Part shown: positions 42,155 to 51,189 of the stretch, piece by piece
Position numbering within the stretch: the first letter of the stretch is position 1
Layout of the letters: every line of letters starts with the position of its first letter
NCBI GenBank assembly: GCA_963730935.1
Contig: CAVSTP010000002.1
Location: forward strand, 928,001-992,000
DNA length: 64,000 nucleotides
Reading direction: 5' to 3'
Origin: an uncultured Nitrospiraceae bacterium
GTDB taxonomy: Bacteria > Nitrospirota > Nitrospiria > Nitrospirales > Nitrospiraceae
Notes under the pieces: model-generated
What the model was told of the DNA's origin: nothing
Database searches by the model: none
Seen by the model: only the letters and a program-made list of their open reading frames with translations
Position numbers and translations under genes: made by a program

Positions 42155-43408
42155 ATGATGCGGGGGAAGCGATCAGCGTTGACCTTGCTGCTTGTAATGG
42201 CGGTCATGGGAGGACCGGTGAGCTGTAAGCGGGCCCTGCCGCCGAGCACCTTCGCTAACGAATCGCTGAAGGGTCAGCAATTGGCGCAAACCAAGCATCG
42301 GCTGTTGAAACAGGGGGCGGTGGGAAACAGCACCGGTTTTACTGCTTTCTGGATTCCCATGAGCAGGCCTACCGAGAGTGAGGCAAGGCAAGACATGGTG
42401 AACCGTCTTAAACATGACGGGATTAACTTGAAAGGGCTTGCCATCAGCTATGCAAATGTGACGAGGGAGCGAGGCGGGTTCAGCTTGCTGGGTTTGATCG
42501 CGACACCGAGAATCACCCTAACAGCCGACATCATCGAAGTCCTTCAAGAACCGCGGATCGCGGGATGGCCAACCGAACTACCATACGTGGTTGGTTCAGT
42601 GGATGTGGACGATGTGCCTCAGGTGGGGGCTATCCCAAACAAGAACCGGTATGCCGTGGTGATAGGGATTGAGCACTACAGGAGGGAGTTGCCGAATGTC
42701 AATTTTGCTTCCCATGATGCCAAGGTCATGACGGAGTATCTGACCAAGCGATTAGGGTTCGCTGAAGAGAACGTGGTCTCGTTGGTTAACGAGCATGCAG
42801 CAAAGAGCGACGTGGAAAAGTATCTCGAATATTGGCTTCCAGAACATGTGGACCACGACAGCACCGTCTTGATCTATTATTCCGGCCACGGAGCGGCAAA
42901 CTTCAAGACGAACGAGGGATACCTTCTTCCCTTTGACGGCGATCCCACCTATCTCGATGGCACAGGCTATCCACTCAAACGTCTCTACGAGAGTTTAGAG
43001 AAGTCACCGGCCAGGGAAGTCGTGGTCATGCTGGATTCCTGTTTCTCGGGGACAGGGGGCCGGTCGGTCACGAGCAAAGGCCTGCGGCCCGTGATCGTCT
43101 CTGTGGAAAACCCAATTCTGGCTGGCGGGAAGACAGTGGTGTTAACCGCGAGTTCAGGTGTTCAAGCCTCAAGTACCTATAATTCTAAGAGCCATGGGCT
43201 GTTGACATATTTTTTGCTAAAGGGGCTTCAGGGCAGCGCCGATCAAAACAACGATGGAAAGATTGATTTGAACGAAGTGTACACCTACTTGAAGCCGCAT
43301 GTTGAATCCGTCGCACGGCAAGAATTCAACAACGAGCAGACTCCCCAATTGCTCGGTAGCGAGGCTATGCTCAACAGGCCGATTATGCTCATTGGATCGA
43401 CGCCATGA
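42155..43408 (+). CDS. Caspase-family (peptidase C14) protein with export signal and an extra N-terminal domain
   Basis: GGAGG RBS; YAVVIGIEHY, YYSGHG (His), LDSCFSG (Cys), HGLLTYFLLKGLQG, QTPQ. Confidence 0.9.
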   Translation: MMRGKRSALTLLLVMAVMGGPVSCKRALPPSTFANESLKGQQLAQTKHRLLKQGAVGNSTGFTAFWIPMSRPTESEARQDMVNRLKHDGINLKGLAISYANVTRERGGFSLLGLIATPRITLTADIIEVLQEPRIAGWPTELPYVVGSVDVDDVPQVGAIPNKNRYAVVIGIEHYRRELPNVNFASHDAKVMTEYLTKRLGFAEENVVSLVNEHAAKSDVEKYLEYWLPEHVDHDSTVLIYYSGHGAANFKTNEGYLLPFDGDPTYLDGTGYPLKRLYESLEKSPAREVVVMLDSCFSGTGGRSVTSKGLRPVIVSVENPILAGGKTVVLTASSGVQASSTYNSKSHGLLTYFLLKGLQGSADQNNDGKIDLNEVYTYLKPHVESVARQEFNNEQTPQLLGSEAMLNRPIMLIGSTP

Positions 43409-43641
43409 GAGCAGAGCCTCTGCTTCCTACCATAGAGAAACCTGACTTCGCTCTTACTTACCGGGGGGAGAAACTTCAGCGAAGTCAGAGTGGTCACACA
43501 ATGCCTAACCACCTTTGTGTTGCCGATCTGAAGATTTTTTCTGAGACAACCTAGGGGGATTTCCAGTATACTTCGCCTAGGTACCGCCTACTAATCACAT
43601 AGGCACGGCGGTACAGACAACTCTTTCACGGAGGAGGACTT

Positions 43642-44163
43642 ATGATGAAGAGAGTGCTCGTTGTTGCGGTAGCAGTGCTGTTCGCGTTGCAGGTGGGCTT
43701 CGCTCTTGCGGCACCCACTGGTAATCCGGACACGGGACCTGGCTGTGGCCTCGGGAAGCTGGCGTGGCAGAACTATCCTCACCAAAAGACCATTGGCGTC
43801 CAAGTGCTTGAGGCGACCACCAACGGGACCTTCGGCAGTGGGACCTTCGGCATCAGCAGCGGAACCTCCGGCTGCACCAACGACGGCCAAGTCTGGGCGT
43901 CTGAGAAGGCGAACGTCTTTGCCGCCATCAACTTTGACAATCTCGCGCAGGATATGGCACAGGGTCACGGCGAGCATCTCACTTCTCTCGCAACCCTCAT
44001 GGGCATTCCGGCCGATCAGCAACCGGCGTTCTTTGCGATGACGCAGGAGCGGTATGCGTCCTTCGTGAAGGCGGGTGAATCTTCCCCGGGAGCGATGATC
44101 AAGGCGTTGAATGACGCAGTGGCGACGCATCCGACGCTGGCCAAAGTGTCTTTGAACAAGTAA
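43642..44163 (+). CDS. DUF3015-family secreted protein
   Basis: GGAGGAGG RBS; signal peptide; GPGCGLG, ATTNGT..TFGISSGTSGC, L.QDMAQG.GEHL.SLA. Confidence 0.88.
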   Translation: MMKRVLVVAVAVLFALQVGFALAAPTGNPDTGPGCGLGKLAWQNYPHQKTIGVQVLEATTNGTFGSGTFGISSGTSGCTNDGQVWASEKANVFAAINFDNLAQDMAQGHGEHLTSLATLMGIPADQQPAFFAMTQERYASFVKAGESSPGAMIKALNDAVATHPTLAKVSLNK

Positions 44164-44173
44164 GTTCTGTCCT

Positions 44174-46126
44174 ATGGGGTTCCGGTCTCATAGGCTGGAA
44201 CCCCGCGCTGTGTCCCGCATCCTCCTGTCCTGTTGTCTCGCCGCTCTTCTCCCCGTTATCGCGACGGTAACGTCGATCGCGGCCCCGAGCGAGGACCCCT
44301 ATCTGAAACAACTCATTGAAGAAGCGACAGTCGCTCGGCTTGCCGACCAACGCGAATGGCATGTGCTCCTTCATTACCAGCCCAATCTATTCGGCCGGGG
44401 CTTCACGAGCATGCAGGACGATCCCGGCTTCTTTATGGCTCCCACCGGCAAGACGGATCCCCAGGCCGAGCTGGCAGCGACGCTCGCCCAGTTTTTCTCC
44501 GACGAATTGGTCGGTCGTTCGAAGCAACCGGCACAATGTGCCTTCGTCGCCCGTTATCACTGGCTCAAGGAAAAGCTGCATTTCGACGATAGCCGCTTGC
44601 CGCCTCAGCCATGTGAGCGCTTTACCCGATGGTTCAATGAGTTCAACGCCCAATCGATCAGCGTCATCTTTCCCACCGGGTTCATGAACAATCCTGCATC
44701 GATGTTCGGGCATACCTTTTTGCGCATCGATGCCAAGGGGCAGACCCCGCAGACCCGTATTTTGGATTACACCATCAACTATGCGGCCGAGGTTCCGCCG
44801 CATGCGGGGCCAGAATATGCGATCAAAGGCATCTTCGGCGGCTATCCCGGGCACTTCTCGACGATTCCCTACTACCTCAAGGTCCAGGAGTATCGCGATA
44901 TCGAAAATAGGGACATTTGGGAGTATCGGCTGGATCTCACGCAAGAGCAGGTCCGGCGTCTCCTGATGCATACCTGGGAAATGGGAAATGCGTATTTCGA
45001 TTATTTCTTTTTTGACGAGAATTGCTCGTTCCACATTCTCTCACTCATAGAAGCGGCTGAGCCGTCGATCCACCTGACTGACCACTTCCCGTTCTATGCG
45101 ATTCCCGTCGATACGCTGAGGCTCTTGGCCGACTCGGGACTGGTCGCGGAAGTCGTCTCACGGCCTTCCAGGAGCACGTTGGTCAGAAGAAAGCGGGACG
45201 CAATGAAGGAGGAGGAACGTGGGTGGCTGAACCGGCTCATCGCGGACCCCGACGCGCTCAAATCCGAGCGCTTTCGCAGCCTCAGCCCTGAGCGGCAAGC
45301 GTTTGTGTTGGAAACCGCGTCCGACTATCTCTTGATGCGTGGCAGCGGAGCTCCAGAGGAGGGCGCACCATTTCGCGAAAAGAACAAGTCGATCCTGGCC
45401 GCGCGCAGCCGTTTGAAGGTAGTGCCAACCGACCTACCGATTGAGCCCTATGTCAAACGCCCTGATCTTGGCCACGGGACGAGTCGCATCGGAATCGGTG
45501 CCGGCTGGAGAAACGACCGGGCCTTCGAAGAAATCAATCTGCGCGCCGCCTATCATGACTTGCTCGACCCCGAACCCGGATATACACCCGACGCGCAGAT
45601 CGAGGTGATGTCATTTGCGGTGCGGCACTACCACAACCAGTCTCAAGCGCGCCTTGAACGGTTCACCCCCCTGAATATGGTTTCCCTTGCACCAATGGAC
45701 TCGCTATTTCAAGCTCCTTCCTGGAAGCTTGGCCTCGGCATGAATACGATTGTCCAGGGGGGCTGCCAGCTCTGTACCAATGGCTACTTGAACGGCGGCA
45801 TGGGCGGGGCCGTTGAATCGCGCATACTTGGGCGCCAAGTGTGGTATGCGATGGCTGAAGTGGAAGCCGATGCCAGTAAGGCCTACGAGGAAAACTATCG
45901 GATCGGCGGGGGTGGAACGGTTGGCCTCGTGGCCGACATTACCGATCGATGGAAACTTCTCGCCACGGGAACCTATCTACGGTTCCCCTTGGGCGATAAA
46001 TCCGAAGATATCCGTTGGTCGATCGGGCAGCGATATTCTCTGATGAGGAATCTTGCCTTCCGGGTGGAGTACAACCACCGGAGTCATGACAACGATGTGT
46101 TGGCCACCCTCCAGATGTACTTCTAG
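44174..46126 (+). CDS. DUF4105 (Lnb N-terminal-like) protein with putative Cys-His dyad and C-terminal beta-barrel
   Basis: W..LLHY, QC.F.ARY.WL, NPASMFGHTFLRID, ENRDIWEY.L, FDYFFFDENCS, AYHDLLD; amphipathic strands ending LQMYF. Confidence 0.85.
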   Translation: MGFRSHRLEPRAVSRILLSCCLAALLPVIATVTSIAAPSEDPYLKQLIEEATVARLADQREWHVLLHYQPNLFGRGFTSMQDDPGFFMAPTGKTDPQAELAATLAQFFSDELVGRSKQPAQCAFVARYHWLKEKLHFDDSRLPPQPCERFTRWFNEFNAQSISVIFPTGFMNNPASMFGHTFLRIDAKGQTPQTRILDYTINYAAEVPPHAGPEYAIKGIFGGYPGHFSTIPYYLKVQEYRDIENRDIWEYRLDLTQEQVRRLLMHTWEMGNAYFDYFFFDENCSFHILSLIEAAEPSIHLTDHFPFYAIPVDTLRLLADSGLVAEVVSRPSRSTLVRRKRDAMKEEERGWLNRLIADPDALKSERFRSLSPERQAFVLETASDYLLMRGSGAPEEGAPFREKNKSILAARSRLKVVPTDLPIEPYVKRPDLGHGTSRIGIGAGWRNDRAFEEINLRAAYHDLLDPEPGYTPDAQIEVMSFAVRHYHNQSQARLERFTPLNMVSLAPMDSLFQAPSWKLGLGMNTIVQGGCQLCTNGYLNGGMGGAVESRILGRQVWYAMAEVEADASKAYEENYRIGGGGTVGLVADITDRWKLLATGTYLRFPLGDKSEDIRWSIGQRYSLMRNLAFRVEYNHRSHDNDVLATLQMYF

Positions 46127-46808
46127 TCACAGAACCCTGCTCCAGTGTGTCCTGTGCTGTGTCATGTGCCTCTTCGCCCAAACGGCGGACGGTCAGGATG
46201 CGGTACCCGGAATTCATGCATCGGATCACGGACCGGAGATCTACGGGGCCATCTTCGTCCTTGGCTCGCTTGCGAAAAACCGCAATCTCAATGTCGGCGG
46301 CGAAGAACTGCCGTCCACCACGGTCCGGAACGGCGCGGGCGGCGGGTTCAGAGCCGGTGTCTTCCCTGCGTTCACAGGCTATATTGTGGGAATTCAGGCA
46401 GAGTCGTTTGGATTGGGCCATGAGGTGAGCGCGCCTGCATCGATGGGATCGTCAGGCATCCAGTCCGGGCGCGGGACGTTGTTGGCATGGACGACCATGG
46501 TGAGCCTCCTGGTTCAGTACCCTGGCAAGGTTCTCAAGCCGTACATCGGTATTGGCGCCGGCTGGTCGTCATCATTCTTGGTCGACGCAACTCTCACGAA
46601 GGGGGCGATGACGCAGACCGGGACGCTGCAGGATACTAGCCTTGCCCTTCAATATGTTGCCGGGCTTCGCACCTATGTCACGGAGAGCCTCTTCGTGTTT
46701 GGTGAGTACAAGTACTTTGCGAGCCGCTACCAATGGGGCGGAAGTCTTGAACCGACGCTTGATCTTCGGACGCACATTGTGGCCATCGGAGTCGGCCTCT
46801 CGTTCTAA
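46095..46808 (+). CDS. Small outer-membrane beta-barrel protein (OmpA/OmpW-like); start uncertain
   Basis: KPYIGIGAG, LQYVAGLR, FGEYKY, terminal IGVGLSF. Confidence 0.8.
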   Translation: MCWPPSRCTSSHRTLLQCVLCCVMCLFAQTADGQDAVPGIHASDHGPEIYGAIFVLGSLAKNRNLNVGGEELPSTTVRNGAGGGFRAGVFPAFTGYIVGIQAESFGLGHEVSAPASMGSSGIQSGRGTLLAWTTMVSLLVQYPGKVLKPYIGIGAGWSSSFLVDATLTKGAMTQTGTLQDTSLALQYVAGLRTYVTESLFVFGEYKYFASRYQWGGSLEPTLDLRTHIVAIGVGLSF

Positions 46809-46884
46809 TGAGGGGAACGACAGGCCTCTTGCCCGCCCGAGAGAGTCCTGCTACAAGTGGTCTTCAACGCTCCGGAATCCTTTC

Positions 46885-47697
46885 ATGAACCCGAAACCTC
46901 ATCCCCGCGACGAGCGTTCAACGAGACAACTTCCCTTCGTCCCGCTGGCTCCTCATCCTCCACTCCACCGGTACTATGGCGGCGACGGCGCGGCCCGGCA
47001 GGGCTTTCTCAATGACCTCTTCAACCGAACGGCGTATCAGTATCGAAATATCGACAAGGCGACCGGTCTTGGCTTCGGCATCTGGTATCGCCGACGAGCG
47101 CTGCAACAAGCCGGACTCACTTCTGGGATGCATGTGCTGGATGTCGCATGCGGCCCGGCTTTGGTGGCGCAATGCGCCCATGACATCGTCGGTCCCACAG
47201 GGTCAGTGGTCGGCCTTGATCCCAGCCTCGGCATGCTGCGGGAGGCGCGGAAAGGCCCTTGTGGGAAGTTGGTCATCGGCGTAGGAGAACGGCTGCCCTT
47301 CCCGGATGCGAGTTTCGATTTCTTGAGCATGGGCTATGCACTACGCCACGTCTCTGACTTGCGAGCGGCATTCGCAGAGTACTGCCGTGTGCTCAAGCCT
47401 GGGGGTGTCGTGCTCCTTCTGGAAATCTGCCGTCCCCACTCACCGTTGTTGCTGTCCCTTTCACGGTTTTACATTAAGACGGTGCTGGGCATCGCCTTTT
47501 CGGCATCTACGGGAAACCGTGACATGAAGACGCTGATGGAGTATTGGTGGGATACGACCGAGACCTGCGTCCAGCCGGAAACGATAGTGGGTGCCTTGAA
47601 GGATGCCGGATTCTCGGATTGCTGGCAGCAGGAATGGTTCAACGGCCTTTTGCGTGACTACCGCGCGGTCCGTACTCAAGGGAATGTCCACGGCTAG
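46885..47697 (+). CDS. UbiE-like class I SAM methyltransferase
   Basis: VLDVACGP, VGLDPSLGML, LPFPDASFD, GYALRHV, RVLKPGG. Confidence 0.88.
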   Translation: MNPKPHPRDERSTRQLPFVPLAPHPPLHRYYGGDGAARQGFLNDLFNRTAYQYRNIDKATGLGFGIWYRRRALQQAGLTSGMHVLDVACGPALVAQCAHDIVGPTGSVVGLDPSLGMLREARKGPCGKLVIGVGERLPFPDASFDFLSMGYALRHVSDLRAAFAEYCRVLKPGGVVLLLEICRPHSPLLLSLSRFYIKTVLGIAFSASTGNRDMKTLMEYWWDTTETCVQPETIVGALKDAGFSDCWQQEWFNGLLRDYRAVRTQGNVHG

Positions 47698-47728
47698 CGA
47701 GGTAACCTTTTGCGCCTCATAGGAGACT

Positions 47729-47992
47729 ATGTCCTCTCTTGCTCTCGAACAGGAAGTCGCCACGCTGATTGTACAGACGCTCAAGCTCAAGGCGGATCCG
47801 TCCACCATCCAACCTGAGGCCGCCCTGTTCGGCGACGGGCTCGGCCTCGATTCTATCGATGCACTGGAGTTGTCGTTGGCCATCGCTCAAACGTACGGCT
47901 ATCAAGTCAAGTCCAGCGACCCGGAGATCAAGGCGATGTTTTCCTCTCTCAGGGCGCTCACCCGGGCCATCGAAAAAAATCGCACCAAGTGA
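47729..47992 (+). CDS. Acyl carrier protein
   Basis: LFGDGLGLDSIDALE (phosphopantetheine Ser); aryl-polyene/XanC-type ACP pattern. Confidence 0.93.
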   Translation: MSSLALEQEVATLIVQTLKLKADPSTIQPEAALFGDGLGLDSIDALELSLAIAQTYGYQVKSSDPEIKAMFSSLRALTRAIEKNRTK

Positions 47993-48005
47993 ACGCTGTG
48001 GCGTC

Positions 48006-49343
48006 ATGTCAAATGCTCCGTTGATCGACCTCTATGGTCCGGACGATGCGCTGGCCTGGGAAGCCGATGGCCCCCGATCCGCAGGCGAGTTTCTTTCCGA
48101 CGTGGCCGAGCTTGCCGATTCCCTGCCAGACTCCCGCTCGGTGCTCAATCTCCTCTCCAGCCGCTACGAGTTTCTCGTCGGCTTTGCCGCGGCCATGGTG
48201 CGTGACCAAGTGACGCTTCTCCCGCAAAGCCGGGCAGCACAGACGCTGCGGCGGATTGCCGGTGAACATGGAGAGTGCTACGGCTTGACGGATCGCGGGG
48301 ACCCGGTGGAAGGACTTCCTTGTGTGACGCTCCCATTCAGGCGAGGCCGCTTCGACCGATCGATGAGGGTTCCCCAGATTCCGCTTCACCAGCAGGTCGC
48401 TGTGGCGTTTACCTCGGGCAGTACGGGACAACCCACGCCGAACCGGAAAACCTGGGGGGCCTTGGTATCCGTCGCTCGGGACACGGCCTCACGTTTCGAA
48501 CTCAAAGCCGGTCGTGGTCGGGCAGTCGTCGCGACGGTCCCACACCAGCACATGTTCGGTCTGGAAGCTTCCGTGATACTGCCCATCCAGCACGGTCTGG
48601 CCATGCATGCGGGCCGTCCGCTCTTTCCTGAGGATGTGCGCACGGCGCTTCAGGAGGTGGCAGGACGGCCGGTATTGATCACCACACCATTGCACTTGCG
48701 CGCCTGCGTCATGGCGGGCGTGAAGCTGCCGCCCATCGAGATGATTCTTTCGGCGACTTCTCCGTTGGCAAGGGAGCTTGCGCGGGAAGCCGAGGAACGG
48801 TTCCGTGCGCCCGTGAACGAAATATTCGGCTTTGCCGAAGCTGGGAGCGTGGCGTCACGGCGGACGGTGAATGTGGATGAGTGGCAGATGTTGAACGGCG
48901 TCACGTTGACGGGGGCGGAGCCGGACTGGTCCGTGCAAGCCGAGTACCTTTCGCGTCCTATCCGGTTCCCGGACCGCATCGCCGTCACCGGGCAAGGAAG
49001 GTTTCGCGTACTGGGCCGGATGGAAGACCAGGTGAACATCGCCGGCCATCGTGCCTCACTTGGAGATCTCACCCGAAAGTTGCTGGAGGTCGACGGCGTG
49101 CAAGATGGAGCCTTTTATCTCCCCGATACCGGGCATGCCCCGTTGACGCGTCTCACCGCGGTGGTCGTCGCTCCCGGAAAAACCCATGAGGACATCCAGC
49201 GCGCGTTACGGTTGTCGATCGACGCCGTATTTCTCCCTCGGCCGCTTCTCCTGGTGCCAAGGCTTCCTCGCAACGAGACAGGCAAATTGCCGCGGGAAGC
49301 GTTGCGGCGGCTGGTCGAGCAGGAGTCCGCCCATGAGCTTTGA
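48006..49343 (+). CDS. AMP-dependent aryl/acyl-ACP ligase (XanA2/ApeH-like)
   Basis: FTSGSTGQP, ATVPHQHMFGLE, LITTPLHLRA, LGR..D.VNIAG.RASL, LPRNETGKLP. Confidence 0.88.
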   Translation: MSNAPLIDLYGPDDALAWEADGPRSAGEFLSDVAELADSLPDSRSVLNLLSSRYEFLVGFAAAMVRDQVTLLPQSRAAQTLRRIAGEHGECYGLTDRGDPVEGLPCVTLPFRRGRFDRSMRVPQIPLHQQVAVAFTSGSTGQPTPNRKTWGALVSVARDTASRFELKAGRGRAVVATVPHQHMFGLEASVILPIQHGLAMHAGRPLFPEDVRTALQEVAGRPVLITTPLHLRACVMAGVKLPPIEMILSATSPLARELAREAEERFRAPVNEIFGFAEAGSVASRRTVNVDEWQMLNGVTLTGAEPDWSVQAEYLSRPIRFPDRIAVTGQGRFRVLGRMEDQVNIAGHRASLGDLTRKLLEVDGVQDGAFYLPDTGHAPLTRLTAVVVAPGKTHEDIQRALRLSIDAVFLPRPLLLVPRLPRNETGKLPREALRRLVEQESAHEL

Positions 49344-49638
49344 ACGGACGTTGACGATCACGAAGGATCACCCCGCACTGCCCGGACATTTTCCCGGTTT
49401 TCCGGTCGTTCCCGGCGTCTTAGTCCTCGATGAAGTGATCGAAACATTGAAACAGCGGTTCGGGGACGCGCTGGTCGTGACGGGATTGCCTGCCGTAAAA
49501 CTGTCTTCTCCGTTGAAACCGGAAGAACCGCTAATGATTGCGATTGAATCGGAGGATGCGCGGACGGCCGTCTTTACCTGCCGCGTCGGCAGTCGCCTCA
49601 TTGCGTCCGGCTCTATCCGGTTCCGGTTGCCCGGTTGA
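49333..49638 (+). CDS. Hotdog-fold 3-hydroxyacyl-ACP dehydratase (ApeI-like)
   Basis: DHPALPGHFPGFPVVPGV. Confidence 0.88.
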   Translation: MSFERTLTITKDHPALPGHFPGFPVVPGVLVLDEVIETLKQRFGDALVVTGLPAVKLSSPLKPEEPLMIAIESEDARTAVFTCRVGSRLIASGSIRFRLPG

Positions 49639-49646
49639 TCCACTTG

Positions 49647-50543
49647 ATGACTGTTGCCTGGAAGGCCCAACAGGAACTCGGCAACCGTCGGATGATCCGG
49701 CTGATGGCCTGGGTCGCTCTCTCATGGGGGAGACCGGTGGCCCGCGCTCTGCTCTTCCCGATTTGCCTCTACTACCTCTGCCGGTCAATAGCGGCGCAGC
49801 GGACACTCCGCACGTATTATGTGCGGGCATTGGGTCGATCGCCCGACTGGAAGGAACTGTTCCATCACTACCACTACTTTGCGTCGACCATTCTCGACCG
49901 CCTGTATTTCCTCCGCGGACACTTCGATCAGTTCGCCATCACCATCAAGGGGGCGGATACCCTCAGCCGGGCCTTGGCGGGTGGGCGCGGATGTCTCCTG
50001 CTTGGCTCGCATCTCGGCAGTTTCGAGGTGGTCCGGGCGGTGGGATTGGCCCGCGAGGAGATTGACATCAAAGTCCTGATGGACGAGGCGAATGCGCCGT
50101 TGATGCGGGCGTTCTTTCGCGAGATCAACCCTGCAGTGGCCGACAACGTGCTTCAAGTCGGAAGACTCGATACGATGCTGCGCGTGCAAGAGTGCCTGGA
50201 CGGCGGCGGCATCGTCGGCATCATGGGGGACCGAGTGATCTCCCAGGGCCAAGCCATCTACTGCGATTTCCTCGGTGCAACCGCGCCGTTCCCGACCGGC
50301 ACGATGAGGTTGGCGCATGCCGTCCGTGCCCCTGTCGTCATGTTCTTCGGCCTGTACCGCGGAGGAAACCGCTACGACGTACATTTGGAACTCCTCAGCG
50401 ATCGGATTCAGCTGTCACAGGATCGACGTGAAGACGATATTCGCCGGTGGACCCAGCGCTATGCCGATCGACTCGCGCATTACAGTTGCCAGGCGGCGGA
50501 CAACTGGTTCAACTTCTATGACTTCTGGCACGTCGCTCACTAA
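49647..50543 (+). CDS. LpxL-like acyltransferase of aryl-polyene clusters
   Basis: FASTILDR, LLGSHLGSFE, GIMGDR, FLG..A.FP.G, NWFNFYDFW. Confidence 0.9.
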   Translation: MTVAWKAQQELGNRRMIRLMAWVALSWGRPVARALLFPICLYYLCRSIAAQRTLRTYYVRALGRSPDWKELFHHYHYFASTILDRLYFLRGHFDQFAITIKGADTLSRALAGGRGCLLLGSHLGSFEVVRAVGLAREEIDIKVLMDEANAPLMRAFFREINPAVADNVLQVGRLDTMLRVQECLDGGGIVGIMGDRVISQGQAIYCDFLGATAPFPTGTMRLAHAVRAPVVMFFGLYRGGNRYDVHLELLSDRIQLSQDRREDDIRRWTQRYADRLAHYSCQAADNWFNFYDFWHVAH

Positions 50544-51189
50544 CCACGGCTTTTCGCATGCCAGCGACGGCATTGCCACCGAGCGTTGCCTCTGGCCCCC
50601 TCTGCATTGGAGCATCCTGTTCATCACGCACGTCCTGCTGTGCTGGGACCTGAGCCAGGCGGCAACCGGCTCCGACTGGACGGTTGAGGCGCTTATGGGG
50701 TTACTGAAAGCGCAGCGCGAGAACTCGGTACCGTTCCAGGAGGCCACCTACTCCTCTCTCCTGACCGAACCCCTTATCGCCCGCGGCGTACTGAAGTTTG
50801 TTCCCCCCCAGAGGCTTGAGAAGATCATCACCGCTCCCTCACATGAACGATATGTCGTCGAGGGAGATCGCGTGACCTTCGAGAGCGAACGAAAAGGTGT
50901 AAAACGCACAATCTCACTCGAAGAGTATCCCGTGCTTCGCAGTTTTGTCGAAGCATTCCGGTCGAGTCTGAACGGTGATGTGGTGCAGTTGCGCCATGTG
51001 TACGAAGTGACGCTTGATGGGAGTCGAGCCAAGTGGACGCTCCTGTTGCGCCCGCGCGAGCCCTCAGGGAGCTCGGTCGTGGATTACATCCTCCTGACAG
51101 GGTCAGAAGGCCGGGTCGCGACGATCGCGATTCGCTCTCCGGATGGCGATCGATCCGTAATGACCATTCTGCCGGGAGCCGGTCGATGA
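50518..51189 (+). CDS. LolA-like periplasmic lipid carrier (start uncertain)
   Basis: F.E..LL.EPL...G.L.F..P..LEK....P..E; WTLLL.P; GDRSVM. Confidence 0.78.
   Translation: MTSGTSLTNHGFSHASDGIATERCLWPPLHWSILFITHVLLCWDLSQAATGSDWTVEALMGLLKAQRENSVPFQEATYSSLLTEPLIARGVLKFVPPQRLEKIITAPSHERYVVEGDRVTFESERKGVKRTISLEEYPVLRSFVEAFRSSLNGDVVQLRHVYEVTLDGSRAKWTLLLRPREPSGSSVVDYILLTGSEGRVATIAIRSPDGDRSVMTILPGAGR

Noticed and set aside
40850..43408. Known caspase-gasdermin or CRISPR-linked defence system
   Set aside because: No gasdermin, NLR/STAND, TIR or Cas gene is adjacent, and both proteins appear exported.
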